This document shows, piece after piece, positions 1 to 8,567 of a stretch of DNA of 24,836 nt. Every line of letters begins with the position of its first letter. Position 1 is the stretch's first letter. Both the position numbers and the translations under genes were made by a program. The notes under the pieces were generated by a model, which was not told the DNA's origin, searched no databases, and saw nothing but the letters and a program-made list of their open reading frames with translations. The DNA is from a virus. Lineage: Duplodnaviria > Caudoviricetes. The stretch is taken from positions 1 to 24,836 of the IMG/VR virus record IMGVR_UViG_3300049165_000271, one strand, 5' to 3'.

Positions 1-483
1 TCCCGCCCGCCGAACGATCTCCGGGAGCTGGGAGATCACCCGCGCTCCGGGGCATCCGGTCGGTCCGCCCCACGTGGAACCGCCGAGGGAGTGGTAGGCG
101 AGGCCACGCCCGTTGATGGATGACGTCCGCTGGATCGGTACACCGTGGGTGGCGTTCGCCCACCGGAGAATCCGTGCGCAGGCGGCGATCTGATCACCGG
201 TCAACGGTTCGTTGACGCTGCCCTCGTTCTCGATGCTCAGGCAGTACCCGTTGCCGTTGCCCTGCGCCCACGCGGTGTTGCGCGTGTCCACCCACTGGCG
301 GATAGTGCCCGACTTCGAGACGCCGAAATGGCTGCTGACGCGGGCGCGGGGATTCCGGAACCATGAATCCGTACCGGCCATGGTGCCCTGCATCTTGTGG
401 ATGGTGACGATACGGGGCGAACATCCGCCCGCCCGGTAGTTGGTGTTGAGCGGGCGCCATTGGGCGCCCGGCATGCGGGCCAT
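1..483 (-). CDS. Endolysin, N-acetylmuramoyl-L-alanine amidase (Amidase_2-like); 3' end lies outside the window
   Basis: Not in the ORF track because it has no stop in the window. Translated by hand from ATG 483 (GGAGG RBS at 488-492): MARMPGAQWRP...IVTIHKMQGT...SWFRNPRARVSSHFGV...QWVDTRNTAWAQGNGN...SIENEG...YHSLGG...GCPG. This carries the His, S-H-F, SIE and H...CPG motifs of Zn amidases. Confidence 0.9.
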   Translation of the reverse strand, partial: MARMPGAQWRPLNTNYRAGGCSPRIVTIHKMQGTMAGTDSWFRNPRARVSSHFGVSKSGTIRQWVDTRNTAWAQGNGNGYCLSIENEGSVNEPLTGDQIAACARILRWANATHGVPIQRTSSINGRGLAYHSLGGSTWGGPTGCPGARVISQLPEIVRRAG

Positions 484-503
484 GGGGCCTCCAGAAATGA
501 CGA

Positions 504-528
504 AGCCCGCACCTGTACGGTGCGGGCT
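504..528 (-). terminator. Stem-loop just upstream of the endolysin RBS (attenuator, terminator or mRNA stabiliser)
   Basis: AGCCCGCACC-TGTAC-GGTGCGGGCT, a perfect 10-bp stem in the 484-545 intergenic gap; weak T-tract on the minus strand. Confidence 0.55.
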
Positions 529-545
529 ATTGGCCGTGGTGCGGG

Positions 546-791
546 TCAGTGGCCGCCGGCTGGCGGGTCGTCCTTGAGCTGGCTGAACCAGAAGTCGATC
601 TCGGCCTCTTCGTCCTCTTCGGGCGACCGGTCGCGGCGGGCCGGAAGGGGGACCTCCTCGGAGGGCTTCAGCCATCGGTCGAGTACGCCCTTGTAGCGCT
701 GGATGAGTCGTACGGCCGCGAGGTACAGGACACCGGCGAGCACGGCGGTCAGCTCGTGCCGCAGTTCGTCCCAGGCGATGAAGTCATCCAC
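546..791 (-). CDS. Small single-TM membrane protein of the lysis cassette
   Basis: GTG at 791 overlaps the end of the upstream gene. VDDFIAWDELRHELTAVLAGVLYLAAVRLIQ... has one hydrophobic helix and an acidic tail. The longer 546..1094 ORF extension overlaps the upstream gene and is unlikely. Confidence 0.65.
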   Translation of the reverse strand: MDDFIAWDELRHELTAVLAGVLYLAAVRLIQRYKGVLDRWLKPSEEVPLPARRDRSPEEDEEAEIDFWFSQLKDDPPAGGH

Positions 792-1161
792 GAGCCGCCT
801 CCGCCCGCAGTTCGCGCGCGCGGGTCTCTCGCAGGTATGCGGCGGCGGCCATGGGGCCGGGGGTCGCGAACAGCAGCAGGAACCCGGCTTGGGCGGGCGC
901 CCCGAGCGCGGAGCCGTGTGAGACGTAGAGGACCCCGGCGATGACGGAGTAGAGGCCGACGCCGAGCAGGATGTGCCGGGGCGGCGGCCACGACAGAAGG
1001 GCAGCCGACGTGCAGCCGACCGCGAGGGCGATTCCGGCGGCGACGAGGGCGACCTGCACGGGGGTGGTGACGCTGACGCCGAACGGCGCCGCACTGAGAA
1101 TGAGGGCGATTGCGAGGCTGTACAGGCCGTGGCCGATCAGGCGGATCGAGGCGGGTTCCAT
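784..1161 (-). CDS. Multi-pass membrane protein (about 4 TM), holin-like
   Basis: ATG 1161 preceded by AGGAG. MEPASIRLIG... has about four hydrophobic segments and a basic C-terminus, and sits between the tail genes and the endolysin. Confidence 0.65.
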   Translation of the reverse strand: MEPASIRLIGHGLYSLAIALILSAAPFGVSVTTPVQVALVAAGIALAVGCTSAALLSWPPPRHILLGVGLYSVIAGVLYVSHGSALGAPAQAGFLLLFATPGPMAAAAYLRETRARELRAEAARG

Positions 1162-1179
1162 AGGGCTCCTGACATGAAG

Positions 1180-1203
1180 GAACCCCCGGCGGTGCGGGGG
1201 TTC
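1180..1203 (-). terminator. Stem-loop between the tail module and the lysis cassette
   Basis: GAACCCCCG-GCGGTG-CGGGGGTTC, a 9-bp stem right at the stop of the 1202..1414 gene. Confidence 0.5.
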
Positions 1204-1414
1204 AGGTGGTGGCGAGGCGGCGGACGGTCCCGTCTGCGTCGCGGTAGCGGAGTTGGCCTCCGACGATCCACAGGTTGCAGCGCGACTCCGGTGGCGGGTC
1301 GTCTTCAAGGACCGGGACGGCCAGTGGACGGCGCTCCAACGCCGTCAGACGGCGCTCGGTGGCTCGCTGCTCGATAACGGCGCGGCTGGACGAGGACAAG
1401 TTCGAGCGGGGCAT
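1202..1414 (-). CDS. Small tail-associated protein (70 aa)
   Basis: Starts 2 nt after the minor tail gene; ERRLTALERR coiled-coil-like segment typical of small actinophage tail-end proteins. Confidence 0.6.
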   Translation of the reverse strand: MPRSNLSSSSRAVIEQRATERRLTALERRPLAVPVLEDDPPPESRCNLWIVGGQLRYRDADGTVRRLATT

Positions 1415-1416
1415 CC

Positions 1417-2529
1417 TCAGCCCTCCGTGTCGGGCGGATGGTGGTCGGCGATGTCCAAGGTGAGGGTCGCTTTGGCGACCTCTTCCCTGGTGGTGTCATG
1501 GACGGTGCGTTCCGTGATGCGCGCTGTCCGGTCCTCGTTCAGCCAGTCGTCGCGCAGGATCAGCCGCGCGCGGTCGCCGACGCCGTAGGCGGACAGGGGT
1601 GGGTGCTCGGCAGTGACGTCGATCTGGACGGCCGGCGGCGAGACGGTGCTGGCGAGGCGTTCGGCGCGAGCGTGGTCGGCCAGGGTGGCGGAACGGGTGA
1701 CCCCGGAGTAGGTCTGCGCCCGTTCTCGGAGCAGGGCGTGCCCGCCGATGAGGCCGGGGTCGGTGTCGGCGACCACGAGGGCTTCGGGCGGGGCGGGGTC
1801 GTCTCCCAGCGCCCACACGCGGCTGACTACGGATGAGGCGTCGTCGGGCCAGTCGTAGGCGAGGACGTTGCCGCCGGTGGGGGTGGCGTCGAACACCAGC
1901 GGTGACCTACTGGCCCGGCGCTCGGGGTACCAGAGTTCGAGCACCCATTCGGGTCGGGCCGCGTTCCACCGAGCGGAGATGTCCCAGTCGAAGCCTTTGT
2001 CGCGCTGGGCCATCTCGTCGATGGTCTCGTCCACCGCCTTGAACGACTGGGCTTCAAGGGTGAGGTCCCGGAGCACGCCGGAGACCTGGGTTCCAATGGC
2101 GATGGGCGGGCAGCCGGGTTCGGAGGCGGCCCATCGCACCACGTCGCGGACGATGGCGAACTGGTCGGCATCGCGCCACGACCAGGTCACGTGCTTCGCA
2201 CCGGACATTCGGCGGGCGAGCCGGGAGCCGAGCCACGCCTTCGCGTGGGCGACGGTGAGACTGATGGTGCGTTCGGCCGGGTTCCAGGGGCGGGCGACGA
2301 CGATGCCGTGCCAGACGACCTGCGTGGCGCCGTCGAGGACGTAGACGCAGGCTCGGTGCGGTGTGGTGGCCTGCCGGATGGCGTCCGCGTTGGCGTGGGT
2401 GATGGGGATGGCGCCGGTCAGTGACCCGGGTTCGGTGAGGGTCTGGGTCCATTGGGCTCCGGTAAGGGGCAGGCCGGCGCCATGGAGGGGTCGGCCGGTG
2501 AGGACATCGTGAACGCGGTAGTCGAACAT
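1417..2529 (-). CDS. Minor tail protein (siphovirus baseplate hub, Gp37-like)
   Basis: ATG 2529 in a TGATG overlap with the upstream gene. Motifs VVWHGIV, GFDWDI, GGNVLAYDW, YGVGD...RITER resemble actinophage minor tail proteins; position fits. Confidence 0.8.
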   Translation of the reverse strand: MFDYRVHDVLTGRPLHGAGLPLTGAQWTQTLTEPGSLTGAIPITHANADAIRQATTPHRACVYVLDGATQVVWHGIVVARPWNPAERTISLTVAHAKAWLGSRLARRMSGAKHVTWSWRDADQFAIVRDVVRWAASEPGCPPIAIGTQVSGVLRDLTLEAQSFKAVDETIDEMAQRDKGFDWDISARWNAARPEWVLELWYPERRASRSPLVFDATPTGGNVLAYDWPDDASSVVSRVWALGDDPAPPEALVVADTDPGLIGGHALLRERAQTYSGVTRSATLADHARAERLASTVSPPAVQIDVTAEHPPLSAYGVGDRARLILRDDWLNEDRTARITERTVHDTTREEVAKATLTLDIADHHPPDTEG

Positions 2530-3410
2530 CAGTCCAGCCACCAGTAGAAGCCGTCGATGCCGATCCATGGCGTGGTGTAGCCGAAGTTGTCGCGGTGGCA
2601 GTACATCTCGCCGTTGGCGCGGACCTCGGCACGCATGAGTCCGCCGCCGACGAAATTCTCGATGGAGCGGCGGGCGATCGATTGGACGTAGCCGTAGGTG
2701 ATGCGGGAGGGGGCGACTTCGGGTGGCACGTAGAGCAGGACGGCGTCGCCGGTGGTGTGGGCGTCGGTGAAGTCGCTGTTATTGCTGCGTGCAATCGCGC
2801 CGTTGAGCCACACGCGCCCGTCGCGGACACGGTAGAGCGGGGTGCGCCCGAGATGGGGCACGATGCCCGAAGGCAGGCCGATGGGACGCCACCCGCCGTC
2901 GCGCGGAAGGAGCGTGCGGGCGATGTTCGCCGGGGCGATCACGGTATCGCCGGGGTCCACTCGGACGGTGGCGACCGAGGTCCAAGCTCCTGCTGGAGCG
3001 GCGGCGCTGATCTCCTCGGTGGTGGGGGCCGCCGGCGTCGTGGAGGCGGTGCCCTGCACGATGAGCCATGACGGTCCCTGAAGCTCGACCGCTCCGTACT
3101 GGGCGTCGGCGACGGCAAGCACGAGCGCGTCAACCCGGGGTTGGGCCGAAGGGGTGGGCCACGCAAGGACTTCGGGGGTCGCCGACCAGACGACGTAGCT
3201 GCCCTGTCCGCTGGCGGCGCGGCCTTCCAGGACGACGCGCCCCGGCCCGACCTCCACGGCGAGTCCACCTTCCGCTGCGACCGGGGCGACAGGGAACTGT
3301 CCGATTCCCGCTGCTCCGCTGCCGGGGAGCGCGGCGGCGATGAGGTTGCGGAAGTCCTCGACGGTGGTGGGGTACTGGTCCTGGCCGATGCCGGTGGCCG
3401 AGAGCGCCAC
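2529..3410 (-). CDS. Minor tail protein, possible receptor-binding or fibre protein
   Basis: N-terminal GLAVEVGPG...PRVDALVLAV.D domain common in actinophage tail proteins; C-terminal GWRP...YRVRDGRVWLNGAI...P beta-rich domain. Confidence 0.75.
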   Translation of the reverse strand: MALSATGIGQDQYPTTVEDFRNLIAAALPGSGAAGIGQFPVAPVAAEGGLAVEVGPGRVVLEGRAASGQGSYVVWSATPEVLAWPTPSAQPRVDALVLAVADAQYGAVELQGPSWLIVQGTASTTPAAPTTEEISAAAPAGAWTSVATVRVDPGDTVIAPANIARTLLPRDGGWRPIGLPSGIVPHLGRTPLYRVRDGRVWLNGAIARSNNSDFTDAHTTGDAVLLYVPPEVAPSRITYGYVQSIARRSIENFVGGGLMRAEVRANGEMYCHRDNFGYTTPWIGIDGFYWWLD

Positions 3411-3420
3411 AGGGTTCTCC

Positions 3421-4353
3421 TTACAGGTAGGCGTCGTGGTACGCGACCGACCACGAGGCCGCGCCGTCGTAGACGGGGGTCAGGAAGCGCAGGTTGTTGC
3501 GGCCCGGGAGCAGCGGCCACCAGGAACCCGAGGCCAGAGCGGCGATGGAGTAACCGCCGACGGTGGCGGTGCGGGCGGCATGGTCGATGAGCAGCGTCTG
3601 CCCGGCTCCGAGAGCGGTGGCGAAGGTGAGCGTCTCCTCGCTGGTCTCGTTGGAAATGCGCCATCCCTGCGGTAGCGGCCCCGTGATGCGGGAGACCGGG
3701 AAGGTCGGTGCCGATCCCGCGTTGACGAGCACCATGCGGCCCGTGCCGTCTCCGCTGGAGGTGAAGCGCAACGGGAACGTCCACGGAAAGGTGACGGCCA
3801 GGCTGCCGGGGGCTTGGGCGTCGGTGGTGTCGCCCCGCTGGACCGTCCCGTACTTCAGCGGGTCGGGCAGGATGAGCGGCACCGCGAACGTGAAGTGAGA
3901 CGGACCGATGGGAACGGTCTCGACCGGTCCTGCGGTGCGCGCCACCACTTTCTTGGGCACGGCTTCGGTGACCGTGAGCGGAATGTCAGCCGTGTAGCCG
4001 GAGAAGGCGGTGTAGAGCCGGTGACGGGCGATCTCGGCGGTGTCGAACGCCGGGGTCAGCACGGTGCCGTGAACGGTGATCTCGCGAGCGGACATCGGGA
4101 AGCGGGCAGCGGCCACCGCCCGATCCGCCACCCCGAGCGGAGTAACGATCGGTTCGGTGGGCGGTGTGGACAGCCATCCCTCGATGTCAGAGAGAACCCA
4201 CCGCACCCCGACCGCGTCGGGGTGCGGGTCGGTACTCAGCTCCACCGCGGCGTCACCCGTCCCCGCCTTGAGCGTGATGACGAGCGGCTGAGGAGACGGC
4301 TCCGCGAGCAGTTCCACGCGGGGTGATGCGGTACGGCATCCCGATTCGATCAT
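3421..4353 (-). CDS. Distal tail protein (Dit-like)
   Basis: Immediately follows the tape measure gene with an ATGA overlap; AREITVHG, PDPLKY, FPWTFPL, NAGSAPT.P, WWPLLPGRN motifs. Confidence 0.8.
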   Translation of the reverse strand: MIESGCRTASPRVELLAEPSPQPLVITLKAGTGDAAVELSTDPHPDAVGVRWVLSDIEGWLSTPPTEPIVTPLGVADRAVAAARFPMSAREITVHGTVLTPAFDTAEIARHRLYTAFSGYTADIPLTVTEAVPKKVVARTAGPVETVPIGPSHFTFAVPLILPDPLKYGTVQRGDTTDAQAPGSLAVTFPWTFPLRFTSSGDGTGRMVLVNAGSAPTFPVSRITGPLPQGWRISNETSEETLTFATALGAGQTLLIDHAARTATVGGYSIAALASGSWWPLLPGRNNLRFLTPVYDGAASWSVAYHDAYL

Positions 4354-7300
4354 GTGGCGCCTCCCACGGGTGCGGCCGGGCCGACGACGCCCGCGTTGCG
4401 CAGCAGTGTCATGCGCCGCTGGATCGCCGAAGCGATGGCATGCGGGTCGGCGTTCGTGCGGGCATGGACGGTGATCTGCTGCGGGGCAGCCAGCGTGCGG
4501 GTCTCGCGCTCGGGTAGGCGGATCGCATCACCGATGCGCCCGGCGAGGTCATCGAGGCCGCGCCGCAGAGGGATGACCGCTTCGGGGCCTGCTTCGCCCA
4601 CCAGGGCGTGCAGCGGCCGGGTGACGATTCCGCCCCGAGCGAGCTCTCGGTAGCGGGGACGGCCCCACTTCTGCGCCGGGCGGCCCGAGGTCTCGCGCAC
4701 GTTCAGGCCAGTGCGCGGCGCCTCGATGATCCGCCCCCCGCCACGCGTGGTCGCCATCCACACATGTCCGGGGTGGGGGAAGCCGAGGTCGCCGGGCTGC
4801 GGGGTGGAGACCTTCTTCACCCACGTCATCTGGGCCTGCGACACCCGGGGCACTCCCTCGACCCCGGCGTTGGTGAGGGCGTACTGCATCAGCGACGAGC
4901 AGTCGAAGCCCTTGATCCCGGAACCTTGGGCGAAACCGAATGACGGCCCCGCCGGGCCGCCGCCGCCCCAGCTGTACGGGACCCCGATTTGAGAGCGGGC
5001 GAACCTGATGGCCTTGCGCGCCATCGGTCCTCCGCCGAGACGGCCGTCGGCCCGTTCGAACCAGTCGAGCAGCTTGTCCACCAAGCGTGCGGGCACTTCG
5101 GCGATCATCGCGCCCCACTCGGTGTCGCCGAGCACCTGCCGGGCACCGGAGACCATCGGGTCGAGCACGGCCTTCGCCGCCGCGCGAACGCCATCAGTCC
5201 ATAGGTCGGTCGCCTGGTCCAGGAACCCGCTGACGCCGGTCGAGATGCGGCCGACGATGCCGCCCCCGGCGAACGCCGGAAGCGGCGGTTGCACCGTTCG
5301 CGACAGCCGCCCGGTGCGCGCCGCCGAGTTGAGGCCGTGGATCGCGTCGGCCCCCAGCCACCGCGTGACCTCGGGGCGCAGCACCGCCTCGCCCGGAGAC
5401 AGCATCGCCAGGACGCTGTCGCGCCCAGGGGCGTATCCGGGGATGATGCCGCCCGTGGCCAGACGTGGAGCGGAGGGGAGCCGGTCCAGGCCGACCCGGG
5501 TGGCCACCGCATCCCACATCTTCTTGATGCCGTCGGTGTAGATCGTGTCGATGACCCACTTCACGGGCGCCCGTGCCGCTGAGCGCAGCCCGTTCCACCA
5601 GCGGCGGATCGCTGAGACGCCCGTGCGGAAACCGTCCGCGACGCGGTCGATGCCGCTGCGCAGCGCGGAAAACGCCGGGGAGACCCAGTCGTTCCAGACA
5701 GTGCGCACGATGGAGCCCACGCCTTGCATGGCCGGGCGGATGATCGTCCGCCACAGCCACACGAAGGCGGGGCCGACGATGTTGCGCAGGTAGGAGACGT
5801 ACAGGTTGAAGATCGGCCGCCCGACCTTGTCCCAGAGCCAGCGCACGATCGCGCCGACCGCCTGAAGGGCGGGCTGAACGTAGGCCGTGTAGAACCTCTG
5901 GACGGCCGGCCCCACCGTGCCGGTGAGGAAGTTGGACAGCCAGGTGAACGCAGGCTGGAGGACATTGATCCACAGCCAGTTCGCGACCGAGGCGATCGCC
6001 TGAAAGGCGGCCTGAACACCGGTTCGGAACCATCCGATGTTGTTGTACGCCCAGATGACGCCCGCGACGAGCAACCCGACGAGCGTGAGGATCACGCCGA
6101 TGGGGTTGGCCCGCATGGCGGCATTGAGCAACCGCTGCGCCATGGTCCACAGCCCGGTGGCGATGGCGACGCCGCGCTGAGCCGCGGCGGTGGCGACGGT
6201 CGCCAGGCGGGCACGGGTGGCAGCGGCGGCGGCAGCGGTCTGCGACGCCGCCAGCCGCCCCCACGAAGCTGCCGTGCTGAGGGCGGTGGCGCCGGCCGTG
6301 CGCACGGCGGTGGCGGCACGGGTCCATCCGGACTGAACGGCGCCGCCGAGTCCGGTGGCCGCGTTGCGGGTGGCGGTGGTGGCGACGGTCAGGCCTGTGC
6401 GGGTGGCCGCCGCAACGCGGGCGGTGCCGCTGCGGGTGGCGGTGGCGGCGCCGTCCCAGCCGCGCCGGAGCGCGCCGCCGATGGAGCCTGCGGTGCCGGA
6501 GAACGCGGAGTTCGCCACCTGGGCGCTGCGCATCCCTTGGACCATGCGGCCCATGGCGCCGACTGAGGAGGCCGCCCCGCGTGCCAGCAGTCCGATACCT
6601 CCGGCGGCCACCCGAGCGAGCGGCGCCAGCGACCCCATCCGGGCCAGCAGCGGCCCCAGCAGGATCGACCACGCCAGCGAGGAGGAGACGACGGCCTGTA
6701 CCGGCGCTGGGAGGGACGCGAACGCGGCGGAGACGGCGGCGAGCCCTCCGGTAACGACGGGTACAGCGAGAACCAGGGACTCGAAGACTGCGACGAGCAG
6801 CCCGAAGACCTGGGCGATCTGCTGCTGGCCCTGGGCGGTCTGCGCCCACGCGGCCCATTGGCCGGTCAGCCGCTCGATGGTGTCGAGGAGAGACTGCCCT
6901 TCGCCCGACGCGCCACCGAAGATCGCGCCCAGCAACGCGGACGTGTTGCCCGCGATACGGCCGAGTTGGGCGAGGACGCCGACCGAGCGCTCCACGACGG
7001 AGGCCATCCGCGCAGCGCCCGCCTCGCTGGACAGGAACGCACTGGCCGAGGCAAGCGCCCCACTCGCCCATTCGCCGAAGCGGGTGACCAGCGGCAGGCC
7101 GATTGCGACTAGTTCGGCGAGGACCGACATCAGCGGGGCCACCGCGCCCTGGAAGCTGCTGGCGGCCTCGGCGGTCCCCGCCATCGCGTCGGACGCCTGG
7201 CCCTGGAACAGCGGCGTGGCGGCCGTGCTGACGGCCTCCCGGGCAAGGCCGTTCAGCGCATCGGCGACGTCGCCGAGTCCGGTCTCCAGGACCGGTAGGG

Positions 7301-7859
7301 CGCCGCCGGCCGTCAGGGAGTCGAGGTCATCGGCGAGTCCGGCGAACAGGCGGTCCTGCGTCGCCGCCTGCACGGGCGCGAACGCCTCATTCAGACCAGC
7401 CCATGATCGGATGAATTGACGCGCATTGGGAGACAGATCTTCCAGCGCGGCGGAAAGAGCGGCGGCGTCGCCTTCGGCCACCGCCGCCATCGCGTCGCCG
7501 ACGCCGCGCACTCCCACCGCAAGCGTCGCGACCGCTGCCGAGGCCATGCCCGCGGCGGCGGGGATCGCGAGCAAGGCGCCCGAGGCCGGGGCGAGCGCCC
7601 CGGCCACCGCGACCGACGCCGCCCCCGCCGAGGCGACCAGGTTGGCGAACGCGGCCCGCCCCCACGCGCGCACGCTCGCCCGCAGTGCCCGGTCGGCGGC
7701 GCGGCCGAAGCGGATACCGGCCCGCTGCCCGGAGGCTTCGGTTTCTCGTTCGGCCGCGCGCAGTGCGGGGCCGAGGCGCCGCAGCACCTCCCGGCCGAAG
7801 CCGCTCAGGTCGGGGCGGACGGTGAGGTAGGCCGAGCCGATGTCAGCCACCGGAGCCAC
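4350..7859 (-). CDS. Tape measure protein with C-terminal NlpC/P60 peptidoglycan hydrolase domain
   Basis: 1169-aa Ala-rich helical ORF with ANPIG and Trp-periodic repeats; C-terminal PYSWGGGG...GFDCSSL...GHV. The true start may be GTG 7850. Confidence 0.92.
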   Translation of the reverse strand: MAPVADIGSAYLTVRPDLSGFGREVLRRLGPALRAAERETEASGQRAGIRFGRAADRALRASVRAWGRAAFANLVASAGAASVAVAGALAPASGALLAIPAAAGMASAAVATLAVGVRGVGDAMAAVAEGDAAALSAALEDLSPNARQFIRSWAGLNEAFAPVQAATQDRLFAGLADDLDSLTAGGALPVLETGLGDVADALNGLAREAVSTAATPLFQGQASDAMAGTAEAASSFQGAVAPLMSVLAELVAIGLPLVTRFGEWASGALASASAFLSSEAGAARMASVVERSVGVLAQLGRIAGNTSALLGAIFGGASGEGQSLLDTIERLTGQWAAWAQTAQGQQQIAQVFGLLVAVFESLVLAVPVVTGGLAAVSAAFASLPAPVQAVVSSSLAWSILLGPLLARMGSLAPLARVAAGGIGLLARGAASSVGAMGRMVQGMRSAQVANSAFSGTAGSIGGALRRGWDGAATATRSGTARVAAATRTGLTVATTATRNAATGLGGAVQSGWTRAATAVRTAGATALSTAASWGRLAASQTAAAAAATRARLATVATAAAQRGVAIATGLWTMAQRLLNAAMRANPIGVILTLVGLLVAGVIWAYNNIGWFRTGVQAAFQAIASVANWLWINVLQPAFTWLSNFLTGTVGPAVQRFYTAYVQPALQAVGAIVRWLWDKVGRPIFNLYVSYLRNIVGPAFVWLWRTIIRPAMQGVGSIVRTVWNDWVSPAFSALRSGIDRVADGFRTGVSAIRRWWNGLRSAARAPVKWVIDTIYTDGIKKMWDAVATRVGLDRLPSAPRLATGGIIPGYAPGRDSVLAMLSPGEAVLRPEVTRWLGADAIHGLNSAARTGRLSRTVQPPLPAFAGGGIVGRISTGVSGFLDQATDLWTDGVRAAAKAVLDPMVSGARQVLGDTEWGAMIAEVPARLVDKLLDWFERADGRLGGGPMARKAIRFARSQIGVPYSWGGGGPAGPSFGFAQGSGIKGFDCSSLMQYALTNAGVEGVPRVSQAQMTWVKKVSTPQPGDLGFPHPGHVWMATTRGGGRIIEAPRTGLNVRETSGRPAQKWGRPRYRELARGGIVTRPLHALVGEAGPEAVIPLRRGLDDLAGRIGDAIRLPERETRTLAAPQQITVHARTNADPHAIASAIQRRMTLLRNAGVVGPAAPVGGAT

Positions 7860-8238
7860 CTCCCCATGCGCGCTCGATTACGTCGCGGACCTCAGCGGCG
7901 GTGGAGATGCGTCGGCGCGGTGCGAGGTCACGCGGACGCGGGATGCGGAGTTGCTTGGGCAGCTGGCCCGTCCGCGCACCGTTGGCTTGGAGGAAGGCTC
8001 GGTAGTGGGCGTGGCTGATCTCGGCGATGATCGCCAGCAGCTCCACGCTGAGCGGCCACGACCCCTCGGGGGTGTTCGTGGCCGCGTCGGGCGGCAAGTG
8101 CCGCAGGAGGGAAGCGGCCTCGTCAACGGACCCGGCGTCGGTCAGCGACGCTTGGTAGAAGCGGTGGAAGTCCGCTTCCGCTGCGGCGTGGAGCTGCGGG
8201 TCTTGGAAGACTCCCGCGACGAGGCTGAGGCTTCCCCC
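7843..8238 (-). CDS. Tail assembly chaperone, -1 frameshift extension (gpT-like segment)
   Basis: The -1 frame is open from the slippery site: GSLSLVAGVFQDPQLHAAAEADFHRFYQ...LLRHLPPDAATN... and joins ORF 7843..8097. Confidence 0.8.
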   Translation of the reverse strand, partial: GGSLSLVAGVFQDPQLHAAAEADFHRFYQASLTDAGSVDEAASLLRHLPPDAATNTPEGSWPLSVELLAIIAEISHAHYRAFLQANGARTGQLPKQLRIPRPRDLAPRRRISTAAEVRDVIERAWGGGSGG

Positions 8239-8501
8239 GTGGCCTCCCCGTAGGCGGCGTCGACCACATCGCGCAGCCAGTCGATGGAGATTTCGGTTCC
8301 GGCCAGGTCCAGCAGCTCATCCACGCGGTCGCCGAACAGGCAGCGCAGAGCGGGGTGGATCTGCTCCTGCATGAGGTAGTAGGGGAAGCCGACCGGAAGC
8401 CGGGCGGGCATTTCGAAGTCGACCCCGCGCACGGTGACCCCGGCGGGGTTTTCCGTGGCGGCGAGGTCCTCGGCGATCTTGTCGCCGTTGATCCAGGGCA
8501 T
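8142..8501 (-). CDS. Tail assembly chaperone (gpG-like)
   Basis: Lies between the major tail and tape measure genes; ends ...TGEASASSRESSK..., the low-complexity tail typical after a slippery site. Confidence 0.82.
   Translation of the reverse strand: MPWINGDKIAEDLAATENPAGVTVRGVDFEMPARLPVGFPYYLMQEQIHPALRCLFGDRVDELLDLAGTEISIDWLRDVVDAAYGEATGEASASSRESSKTRSSTPQRKRTSTASTKRR
8232..8238 (-). other. Programmed -1 frameshift slippery heptamer G GGG GAA
   Basis: Minus strand reads ACG GGG GAA GCC in the gpG frame; the downstream ORF is in the -1 frame. Confidence 0.8.
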
Positions 8502-8546
8502 GACGATGCCTTCCTGACGGGTGGTCAGGGGCGCGGCCGGACACGG

Positions 8547-8566
8547 CGCACCCCCGTGGGGGTGCG
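8547..8566 (-). terminator. Hairpin immediately after the major tail gene
   Basis: CGCACCCC-CGTG-GGGGTGCG inverted repeat 1 nt past the stop; no U-tract. Confidence 0.5.
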
Positions 8567-8567
8567 G

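Noticed and set aside
361-372. CCATGAATCCGT, a one-mismatch copy of the 12-bp motif
   Set aside because: Lies within endolysin coding sequence (T-D-S-W codons) far from the other copies; plausibly chance.
1-545. Apparent absence of an endolysin, and the short ORFs listed at 145-512
   Set aside because: Manual translation shows an amidase at 483 to <1 on the minus strand; the listed short ORFs are its shadows.
5194-7071. 625-aa alternative-frame ORF inside the tape measure gene
   Set aside because: Arg/Gly/His-rich off-frame reading with no RBS or motifs.
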